Assembly: GCA_018238155.1 (NCBI GenBank)
Contig: JABCTZ010000026.1
Coordinates: 1 to 24,000, forward strand
DNA: 24,000 nt
Source of the DNA: Candidatus Heimdallarchaeota archaeon
GTDB taxonomy: Archaea; Asgardarchaeota; Heimdallarchaeia; JABLTI01
Direction: 5' to 3'
Part shown: piece after piece, positions 15,695 through 22,659 of the stretch
How positions within the stretch are numbered: position 1 is the stretch's first letter
How the letters are laid out: each line of letters begins with the position of its first letter
The notes under the pieces: generated by a model
What the model saw: only the letters and a program-made list of their open reading frames with translations
Databases searched by the model: none
Told to the model about the DNA's origin: nothing
Position numbers and translations under genes: made by a program

Positions 15695-16677
15695 AAATAT
15701 TAATTACTGGAGCTTTTGGCAGTTTAGGATCACATATCCTTGACTTACTAGTTAAATCAAAACATACTATAACGTGCTTTTCAACAAACAGTCGCAAATC
15801 AAAACAAGTTGCTAAAAAATATCGAAATCACATTAACGTTTACATTGGAGACATCCGAAATTTTGATGACATAGTTAAGGCAATTCAAGATCAAGACTTG
15901 GTTTTACATTTAGCAGCCATCGTTCCTCCTAAATTTAATTCTATTTCATTAAATTACTCTCGAGAGGTTAACGTTTGTGGCTCCGATAATATTGTAGAAG
16001 CCATTAAACAGTCAGATCAGAATACAAAAATAATTTTTCCATCCTCAGTTGCAGTCTTTGGTGATGTTAGAAAAAGAGGTGCATGCATTCTATCTCCAGA
16101 TGAACCTGTAAATCCAAACTCGGATGATATTTATGCCCAACAAAAAGTTTTAGCTGAAGAAATAATTTATAATTCATCCTTGCAATGGTCTATCTTTCGT
16201 TTTGGTTTTATGCCCAATGTTGACAGTCTAAAAATGGATCCGATGATGTTTGATGTTCCTCTCAATACAAATATGGAACTCATTCATTTGAAGGATGCAG
16301 CAATAGCTATTGTAAATGCTCTCGAGAGAGAGGAGATTTGGAATAAAATTTGGCATATTGCCGGAGGAGAAAGTTGTAGACTAACCTATAAAGAATTTAT
16401 TAACACGATGTTAACAACAATGGGTATTGGGAAATTACCCGAGGAAGCTTTTGGTAACAATGATTTTCATTGTGCTTTCATGGATACAGATGAAAGTCAA
16501 GAGCTCTTACAATACCAACGCTATTCATTTGAGGATATTATTTCTGAAATGAAAAGCAAAACTGGGGTAATAAGATTTTTTGCTAAATTGTTCAGACCTA
16601 TCGTAAAGAGCTATATATTGAATCAATCACGTTACTACAAAGAGTGGAGAAGAAACTCTAAAAAGAGAGATAGTTAA
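15691..16677 (+). CDS. Extended SDR (epimerase/dehydratase family), paralog 3
   Basis: MKILITGAFGSLGSH, SSVAVFGD, YAQQK. The ATG overlaps the stop of paralog 2 in ATGA (4-bp overlap), and AGAGGG lies 8 nt upstream. Confidence 0.9.
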   Translation: MKILITGAFGSLGSHILDLLVKSKHTITCFSTNSRKSKQVAKKYRNHINVYIGDIRNFDDIVKAIQDQDLVLHLAAIVPPKFNSISLNYSREVNVCGSDNIVEAIKQSDQNTKIIFPSSVAVFGDVRKRGACILSPDEPVNPNSDDIYAQQKVLAEEIIYNSSLQWSIFRFGFMPNVDSLKMDPMMFDVPLNTNMELIHLKDAAIAIVNALEREEIWNKIWHIAGGESCRLTYKEFINTMLTTMGIGKLPEEAFGNNDFHCAFMDTDESQELLQYQRYSFEDIISEMKSKTGVIRFFAKLFRPIVKSYILNQSRYYKEWRRNSKKRDS

Positions 16678-18168
16678 TCAATCATTTGCGATTTCTTTTC
16701 TTCTTTCAGCAAGAATTTTTTTGTATCTCCTTCTTTTTATAACGTAATACGTTGAGGGAAGAAGTATACCAATTAACACTATTGCGCCAAAAAATATACC
16801 AAAAATAGCTGGCATAGCTTTCTGATAGGCATCTTTATTATAATTCGTTAATTGTTGTTCAAAGGACCATTGACCGATACTATATCTAGCTCGATAATAG
16901 ATTTCATAATAACCGATACGAAAATCTAACCAAACACAATGAACAGTTCCAGAGCTATCACTAACTAAGCGTGGATCATATGCAGGAGTGATAGTAATTG
17001 ATACTTGTTCACCTGCAACCCAGATCCCATTTTCTCTACCTCTAATAGCTATTCCTGTGAATCCCGGCACAGTTTCAGTAATTTCATAAGCCATCCATAA
17101 TGTTGCAATATTATCAAATACTACCTCAGGATTTTCACCATCAATCATTAAATCTTCTTTTTCAAGGGATCTATATGGAGCTACACATTCAAGTTGAGAC
17201 CAATTTTTTTCTGAAGCATAAATTCGATAATGAATATTTCTTGTTCCTAACATTATTGGCGCAATTTCTGTATAATTACTCCAAAAAATGTTTATTTGTT
17301 CATTCCTTTCAACAAAGATTTCAGGATCAAGATTGCAAGTTGAATTAATTGCTACTATATAGCTCATCTGATGTGATTCGTTTTCATTATAGCTTTTGTA
17401 AAAAATATAATTCTTCGAATTAAGCCCTTGAGACCAAACAAAATGACAATTGCCTAAACTATCAATAAATAGATCACTGTTTTGGCAGTTCCCATATGTA
17501 CTATTAGACAATTGAACTATTTCTGACAATGTATCAGAAGTTTGATTATATTTCATAAAATAAACATTGAAAACTCCATCGAGATTACATAACCAAGAAA
17601 ACCAAATAGATTCATTAAAGAAACCCATCTTTGGATATCTATAGAAACTATCTGCTGAGTGCAATGAAAAGACTATTTTTGTATCAAAATCAACTGGATC
17701 TTTTTCTTGTAATTGAATTGTAGAACCAGTTTCATTAATATATGATAAAGCAAGATAGAAATGATCGTTATAAAAATCCATTACTGGATACGATTTTATT
17801 GTATTTCCTTCAACAGGTTGATAAAGATATGTTTTGGTTAGATTCCAATTTCCATTTTCATCAGTTTTTAGTAATACTATTTTCGAGAAACTTCCAATGC
17901 TTTCTTTATATGTTAAATAAAGATTTTCTGAGGAATCTATTGCTAGAGAAGGATTCGAAGGACCATAATTGGCACCTTGTGAATTAGTATTTAGTGATTG
18001 AAATGAAATATCATCACTATTTTTTATTGGATTTGCTTTGGTAATTGTAATTACTAAAAAGAGACTCTGAAAAGAAATATTGGATATGATAAATAAAGCA
18101 AGAATTATTTGTATTAATCTAGATTTCCTCAATAAATACCTGTCCTCTAATAAATAGATACTATTCAC
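16678..18168 (-). CDS. Type-I membrane-anchored protein with a predicted 7-blade beta-propeller ectodomain (BNR/Asp-box-like repeats)
   Basis: N-terminal hydrophobic segment (RKSRLIQIILALFIISNISF...) and C-terminal TM AMPAIFGIFFGAIVLIGILLP followed by KRRRYKK. Seven repeats of the P-x-h-x-x-D-x-x-G/N-x-hhhhW type are present: LAIDSSENLYLTY, VMDFYNDHFYLAL, KMGFFNESIWFSW, LFIDSLGNCHFVW, IFVERNEQINIFW, VVFDNIATLWMAY, LVSDSSGTVHCVW. There is no ATG start. GTG at 18168 is the track start; TTG at 18132 would give a cleaner signal-peptide N-terminus. Confidence 0.8.
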   Translation of the reverse strand: MNSIYLLEDRYLLRKSRLIQIILALFIISNISFQSLFLVITITKANPIKNSDDISFQSLNTNSQGANYGPSNPSLAIDSSENLYLTYKESIGSFSKIVLLKTDENGNWNLTKTYLYQPVEGNTIKSYPVMDFYNDHFYLALSYINETGSTIQLQEKDPVDFDTKIVFSLHSADSFYRYPKMGFFNESIWFSWLCNLDGVFNVYFMKYNQTSDTLSEIVQLSNSTYGNCQNSDLFIDSLGNCHFVWSQGLNSKNYIFYKSYNENESHQMSYIVAINSTCNLDPEIFVERNEQINIFWSNYTEIAPIMLGTRNIHYRIYASEKNWSQLECVAPYRSLEKEDLMIDGENPEVVFDNIATLWMAYEITETVPGFTGIAIRGRENGIWVAGEQVSITITPAYDPRLVSDSSGTVHCVWLDFRIGYYEIYYRARYSIGQWSFEQQLTNYNKDAYQKAMPAIFGIFFGAIVLIGILLPSTYYVIKRRRYKKILAERRKEIAND

Positions 18169-18202
18169 TATTAAAAAAGTATACTTATTTCAAAAAGGTG
18201 AT

Positions 18203-18331
18203 ATGAAACACAGTAGTTGTATTCTCTGTGGTGAAAGTATTAACAAATGTCCTAATATTGTTATCCACTATAATTTCACTTCACACAAAAACACTATTGT
18301 TCCTAAGTATTGTTTGATAAAAGTTAGATGA
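18203..18331 (+). CDS. Possible 42-aa Cys-containing small protein
   Basis: ATG preceded directly by aaAGGTGAT, which is complementary to the usual 16S 3' tail. Translation MKHSSCILCGESINKCPNIVIHYNFTSHKNTIVPKYCLIKVR. Short and unsupported by any homology I can recognise. Confidence 0.25.
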   Translation: MKHSSCILCGESINKCPNIVIHYNFTSHKNTIVPKYCLIKVR

Positions 18332-18383
18332 GATATATTAGATAGAGAGCTTGCAAGCAAGTCTTTCTAAAATCATTCTTTTT

Positions 18384-18986
18384 TTATCGACGATTATAAT
18401 TATTTCTAATTATACAACCATTACTTTCTAAATTACTCAAAATCATCTTCATAGATTTTCTTATGGTTGATCTAAAATCCATATGAATTTCTTCCAAAAG
18501 TTGTAGTTCTAATATTTCAAATGGTAAGGAATGAATACTATTAGATTGTAGAAATAAACGTCTCAGAATGGTTAAACTACCAATTGCACTTGGAAGCGAA
18601 TACAATTGATTATTATTTAGTCGGAGTTCTCTTAAATTCTCTAAATCGCCAATCCATTTCGGAATTTCAGCTAATTGATTAAAACTCATGTCTAAAATTG
18701 ATAATTTGGTCAATTTTTGAATTACATCAGGCACTCTTTTATAATCGTTATTTGCTAGATTTAAAACAATAATCTCTTTTAGTTTAACAAGCTCTTCTGG
18801 AAGATAATCTAAATACAAAGCATTTAGTGATAATGTAATAACATCACCTTCACTTTCAACAAAGTACACTTTTTTATTTGTTGGGAATTCCGTTTCAAGT
18901 GGGATCTCATGTCTTATTATCTCGCTTAAATTGATTAAAATTTGTAGTTGATCTTTTTTGAGAGGACTTGCCAATTTTATTTTCAT
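18384..18986 (-). CDS. Leucine-rich-repeat (LRR) protein, about 6 repeats
   Basis: Consecutive 23-aa units of the LxxLxLxxNxLxxLPxxI type: LKEIIVLNLANNDYKRVPDVIQK, LTKLSILDMSFNQLAEIPKWIGD, LENLRELRLNNNQLYSLPSAIGS, LTILRRLFLQSNSIHSLPFEILE. ATG start, TAA stop. Confidence 0.85.
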   Translation of the reverse strand: MKIKLASPLKKDQLQILINLSEIIRHEIPLETEFPTNKKVYFVESEGDVITLSLNALYLDYLPEELVKLKEIIVLNLANNDYKRVPDVIQKLTKLSILDMSFNQLAEIPKWIGDLENLRELRLNNNQLYSLPSAIGSLTILRRLFLQSNSIHSLPFEILELQLLEEIHMDFRSTIRKSMKMILSNLESNGCIIRNNYNRR

Positions 18987-19084
18987 CGCCTATTCTTCTT
19001 GTAAACCATTAACTAAGTCTTACTTTGCTTTTTTAAGCATCTTGTTATAATTTCAAAACAAAGAACAATTACTGATTTATTCTT

Positions 19085-19115
19085 AAAAAAATATTCTGAG
19101 GAGAAAAAACTCCTC
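19085..19115 (-). terminator. Hairpin plus T-tract directly after the 7TM gene
   Basis: The minus strand reads GAGGAG-TTTTTT-CTCCTC (6-bp stem, 19098..19103 / 19110..19115), then AGAATA, then T7. It begins 2 nt after the TAG stop. Confidence 0.5.
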
Positions 19116-19117
19116 TA

Positions 19118-19936
19118 CTAACTTTTAGAATCAACAATTAGTTTCTGTTCAAACCAAGTCTTCTTTCTGACTCTCTTACGGAACCAATCTGGGAGAAGCC
19201 ACCCAATATACATCATAATATAGGCAGTTAATAGTATCAAACTTCTAAACACCCATAGAGAGAAAGATAAAGCACCACTTTGTAGTTGTAAAGCGTAAAA
19301 AATACCACCCATCATTCCTCCTAGAAAGTAAACCAATAACCCATAGCCAATCATTTGTAATCCTCTTTTTCTAGTGATCTCATTTGTTCGTTTGGCTATA
19401 ATGAATGAACGAATGATAATTCTCAAAAAGATTATTGACTGAAGAACTACTTGAATAACTGTTAGTATTGGTACAAATGAAATATTCTGAAGATCAGCAG
19501 TAAAATCCGTTAAACGCGTTGCCCAAAGAAATCCAGGAATCAAAACATCAACTACAGTTATTGTTAGAAAAACTGCCCAAACTGCTACAATAAAGAAAAA
19601 AGTAACTAATTTAGTAACTTCAGCATCTTTTAGCAGATGTCTGCAAGAGAAAATGTACAAAAAAGATACTGCAGCTAATGCAGTTGTTGTTGCTATTGAA
19701 AGAAAAATTAAAGTAGCGTTATGCTCTTTCAATCCCAAAAGCTGTAATTGATAACTCATGGTAATGGAAAATCTAGAGATAAAAAAGACTATATAAATAA
19801 TCGCAAGCAAAAGTGTTCCTGTTGTTTGCTTTTTTCGGAAATTATTAAGAAGAGCAATAACCAATGTGAAAATAACCGAAGTAAGGATCCAAGAGACAAT
19901 TACATAAATCAATGAAATTGGATCAGCTATTACCAA
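19118..19936 (-). CDS. Seven-transmembrane protein, predicted N-out/C-in
   Basis: Seven hydrophobic stretches at approximately residues 6-30, 40-60, 75-97, 110-132, 151-178, 193-216 and 222-248. The K/R-rich segments (NNFRKKQ, CRHLLKDAEVTK, AKRTNEITRKRG, and tail DWFRKRVRKK) all fall on alternate loops (1, 3, 5) and the tail. The TTG start lies 1 nt after the GTPase stop and 9 nt after AAGGAGG. The next in-frame Met is residue 60, inside TM2. TAG stop. Confidence 0.85.
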   Translation of the reverse strand: MVIADPISLIYVIVSWILTSVIFTLVIALLNNFRKKQTTGTLLLAIIYIVFFISRFSITMSYQLQLLGLKEHNATLIFLSIATTTALAAVSFLYIFSCRHLLKDAEVTKLVTFFFIVAVWAVFLTITVVDVLIPGFLWATRLTDFTADLQNISFVPILTVIQVVLQSIIFLRIIIRSFIIAKRTNEITRKRGLQMIGYGLLVYFLGGMMGGIFYALQLQSGALSFSLWVFRSLILLTAYIMMYIGWLLPDWFRKRVRKKTWFEQKLIVDSKS

Positions 19937-19937
19937 A

Positions 19938-20474
19938 TCAGCTAACCTCCTTTAGAGATTCTACGAACCACTTGAAAGCTTCATAGATGTTTTCACCTGT
20001 CTTTGCAGAGGTTTCATAGCAGGCCCATTGATAATGTATATCAAGCAAGCCAAATTCTTTAATGAACCTATTTCGTTCTAAACCATCTTGTATATCACTT
20101 TTATGTAAAAGAACAAGTATTTTTATATCCTTGTGTAATTGAGATTTAAGCACATTATGAAAGACATTGTATGATTCTTCAAAACGCATTACATCAGTCT
20201 TATCCACTACATAGACAATACCATCAGATTTTTCGTTTACTTCTGACCAGAGCTGCCTAAAATCCTCTTGTCCACCCAAATCGAAAACATTTATCTCAAT
20301 TTTTCCGGAATGTATAGATTCACCTCTATTGATACCCATTGTTGGTTGTGTTTTAACGAATTCTCCAGTTTCCAAGAATTTAACAATGGTAGTTTTCCCG
20401 GCATTGTCTAAACCACAGATTGTGACATCAACTTCTCTGTTCTTGCTTTTAAAAAGATTAAATAAAAATGACAA
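19938..20474 (-). CDS. Arf/Sar-family small GTPase
   Basis: G1 is GLDNAGKTT (identical to the Sar1-type P-loop). Switch I is TQPTMGIN, G3/switch II is FDLGGQEDFRQLW, G4 is LLHKSD and G5 is ETSAKTG. The N-terminus MSFLFNLFKSK looks amphipathic. The TTG start follows GAAGGAGA by 9 nt. TGA stop. Confidence 0.9.
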   Translation of the reverse strand: MSFLFNLFKSKNREVDVTICGLDNAGKTTIVKFLETGEFVKTQPTMGINRGESIHSGKIEINVFDLGGQEDFRQLWSEVNEKSDGIVYVVDKTDVMRFEESYNVFHNVLKSQLHKDIKILVLLHKSDIQDGLERNRFIKEFGLLDIHYQWACYETSAKTGENIYEAFKWFVESLKEVS

Positions 20475-20493
20475 GGTACGAGTCTCCTTCTAG

Positions 20494-21003
20494 TTATCTC
20501 CAAAGATCATCAGAAAAGGCTTTTGATTCATCAACAACCTTTTTTTCCTTCTCATCAGAGAAGTCAATTGAGAGAGAAGTTGTGGAACTAATCTTAATGT
20601 TAATTCTACCTTTACTAAATCCATCATATAGATTTGGAAGTATTTCCTTCATAATCTCCATTCGAAGAAAAGCTTTCCCTTCAAGCTCATTTACAATCAC
20701 CGAGAAGAGCTTTCTTATTCCATCTATATCATAATTCATATTTGGAAAAATAGCAACTATAGTTCCGATGTTATCTCTCCCTTTCTCTTGAGGGAGCTTA
20801 AAAACGTAACTTGAATAATAGAAATTACCAATACCTGCAGAAGAAAAATCGCCTGATTTTGCTCCCATTGGCATGCTTTTATAGGTTATCTCACTTAGAA
20901 CTTCATCTGGTAAAACTTTGGGATGAGTCTCAACAAGTTCTAATCCTTTTTTACCCATTTGAACTAAACATAAACTTAACGGTTTGATAATTACAACCAC
21001 CAT
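20494..21003 (-). CDS. Longin/roadblock-like small protein (169 aa)
   Basis: ATG start about 42 nt downstream of a TCTTTATATTGG TATA-like box. Sequence pattern LSLCLVQMGKKGLELVETHPKVLPDEVLSEITYKSMPMG ... FYYSSYVFKLP ... IGTIVAIFPN ... IRKLFSVIVNEL gives a strand-strand-helix-strand-strand-strand-helix order. The G-P/L-E-L-x-x-x-x-P ... h-x-x-K/C-S/x-h-P signature is typical of longin-type domains. The fold assignment is inference. Confidence 0.75.
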   Translation of the reverse strand: MVVVIIKPLSLCLVQMGKKGLELVETHPKVLPDEVLSEITYKSMPMGAKSGDFSSAGIGNFYYSSYVFKLPQEKGRDNIGTIVAIFPNMNYDIDGIRKLFSVIVNELEGKAFLRMEIMKEILPNLYDGFSKGRINIKISSTTSLSIDFSDEKEKKVVDESKAFSDDLWR

Positions 21004-21145
21004 CTTTTAATTCTAAATTAATTAAAACATCGAATAATCCAATATAAAGATTATTTTTGCGACATAAAGCAAATTCTATTTTCGTGAGAAAACTATTGGT
21101 TGTTGTAAAGTCTAAAAATCAAACATTCTAAGTAAATTTTGAAAA

Positions 21146-21179
21146 GAAAAAAAATTGGAACTTAAAATCAGTTCCAATT
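21146..21179 (-). terminator. 10-bp perfect hairpin followed by a T8 run after the SagB-like gene
   Basis: The minus strand reads TAA ctgaat AATTGGAACT gatttta AGTTCCAATT TTTTTTCTTTTC. The arms at 21153..21162 and 21170..21179 are exact reverse complements. Confidence 0.55.
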
Positions 21180-21185
21180 ATTCAG

Positions 21186-21920
21186 TTATTTTTTACCCAA
21201 AGACGCAAGATAGATTACGAATAGTGATTCACCATCTAAATCAACAGCTTCATTGATCTTATCATCATAGAATGCGGCTATTGCACATACACCTGAATCA
21301 ATACTTTCTGCTGCTAAATACAGATTTTGACAAACATGCCCAACATCTAAGTGTAGATATCGATAACTTCTTTCACTATATCTCCATTCTAGACGATATG
21401 GTACAGCTACCCAAATAAAAGTAACATTTCCATCCTTAACCATTTTTTGACCATAAGATGCTTCAACCAGTTTTTCTCCAATTCCTTTATCCATTATATA
21501 TTCAAGCAATTTATGTTCAAGAGCTAAGTATCTATATAACCCTGGTTTTAATCCTTCAACATTGTTAATAAGAATCAATGTTTCAAAAGCATGTCTTGCA
21601 CCTGCGGAAGGAACCGTTCTCAAAGTATATGGTGGATGAGTCTTCTTTACACCTTGCGTAGCCCAAAGTAACCAAGCTAACTCTTCCAAAGTTAGGGGTT
21701 TATCTGCGTACTTTCTAACACTTTTTCTTTCTTCAATTGCTTTTCTCAAATCTATTTCTGGTATTTCAATTTTATCCGGTTTTGGTAAATCAATACTCTT
21801 TTTTGATTTATCATAGTCAAGTTCAAGAGGTGGATGAGATACTCGTTTTCTCTGATCAGATTCAGAAAGATGTTTGTATTTTGTCATTTCCATAAATATA
21901 TGCCCTATATGTTTAACCAA
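21186..21920 (-). CDS. SagB-type dehydrogenase / nitroreductase-superfamily protein
   Basis: Contains FMEMTKYKHLSESDQ..., RKSVRKY...LTLEELAWLLWATQG, RTVPSAGARHAFE and LYLAAESIDSGVCAIAAF, the hallmark strings of the SagB/ThcOx nitroreductase branch. The conserved N-terminal IGHIFMEMTKY precedes the first ATG, so the TTG at 21920 is the likely start. Confidence 0.85.
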   Translation of the reverse strand: MVKHIGHIFMEMTKYKHLSESDQRKRVSHPPLELDYDKSKKSIDLPKPDKIEIPEIDLRKAIEERKSVRKYADKPLTLEELAWLLWATQGVKKTHPPYTLRTVPSAGARHAFETLILINNVEGLKPGLYRYLALEHKLLEYIMDKGIGEKLVEASYGQKMVKDGNVTFIWVAVPYRLEWRYSERSYRYLHLDVGHVCQNLYLAAESIDSGVCAIAAFYDDKINEAVDLDGESLFVIYLASLGKK

Positions 21921-22028
21921 GTTTTATACCTCCAATGGTATCTTAAATAGACATTATAATTAAAAAAAGATTGCTCATTTTCTTTGTGGACAAAAGCATT
22001 AATTAGTCTATTAGTTAGATTTTTTCTT

Positions 22029-22553
22029 ATGACAGAACAGATTATTGTTGAAGAATATAATCCTGATTGGGTTGATAGTTTTTTGCAAGAAAAAGAGAGC
22101 TTGCTTAGTGCTCTTTGTTCTAACATCATTGATCTAGAACACATAGGTAGTACTTCTGTTTTTGATTTGGCGGCTAAGCCAATTATTGACATTCTTATTG
22201 GAGTGAAAACTCTTGATGAAGCAGAAAAATGTATACCTATACTTGAGAAAATGAATTATCAATATGTTCCTGAATTTGAAGATATTTTACCTGAAAGGAG
22301 ATATTTTTGCAAACCATCTCAAGGTGAAGGACACGACATTCATTTGCATATGACTATTCTTGGCAGTGATTTCTGGGAAAGACAATTATTATTCAGAAAT
22401 TATCTTCGTATGCATTCCGATGCTCGAGATAGATACTCAAAATTAAAGAAGAGACTAGCAAAAAAACATCGAAATAATAGAGAAGCATATACAAACGCAA
22501 AAGAAGATTTTATTTTAAAATGCATAGAAAAAGCTAGAGAAGAATTTTCTTAG
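22029..22553 (+). CDS. GrpB (UPF0157) family protein
   Basis: MTEQIIVEEYNPDWVDSF, IEHIGSTSV, LAAKPIIDILIGV, HIHLHM and FRNYLRMHSDARDRYSKLKKRLA are classical GrpB motifs. The start is the ATG at 22029; the track start at 21984 is upstream and unlikely. The TAG stop is followed by T8. Confidence 0.85.
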   Translation: MTEQIIVEEYNPDWVDSFLQEKESLLSALCSNIIDLEHIGSTSVFDLAAKPIIDILIGVKTLDEAEKCIPILEKMNYQYVPEFEDILPERRYFCKPSQGEGHDIHLHMTILGSDFWERQLLFRNYLRMHSDARDRYSKLKKRLAKKHRNNREAYTNAKEDFILKCIEKAREEFS

Positions 22554-22554
22554 C

Positions 22555-22562
22555 TTTTTTTT
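22555..22562 (+). terminator. Oligo-T (T8) tract right after the GrpB stop
   Basis: tagcTTTTTTTTg, read directly. Confidence 0.4.
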
Positions 22563-22659
22563 GTTTATCTTGAATCTTTTAATCGGTAAGATTGCTGACC
22601 ATCTATTTCCAAATTTGCAGCATAATCAGCAGAAAGAACTTTACGATTCGTTTGTTTGA

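Noticed and set aside
17100-17987. ORFs 17100..17348 (+) and 17742..17987 (+)
   Set aside because: Both are antisense to the propeller protein gene.
20468-20734. 88-aa plus-strand ORF
   Set aside because: It is antisense to the longin-like gene and the GTPase start region.
21905-22192. 95-aa minus-strand ORF
   Set aside because: It spans the divergent promoter and is antisense to the GrpB 5' end. It has no motifs.
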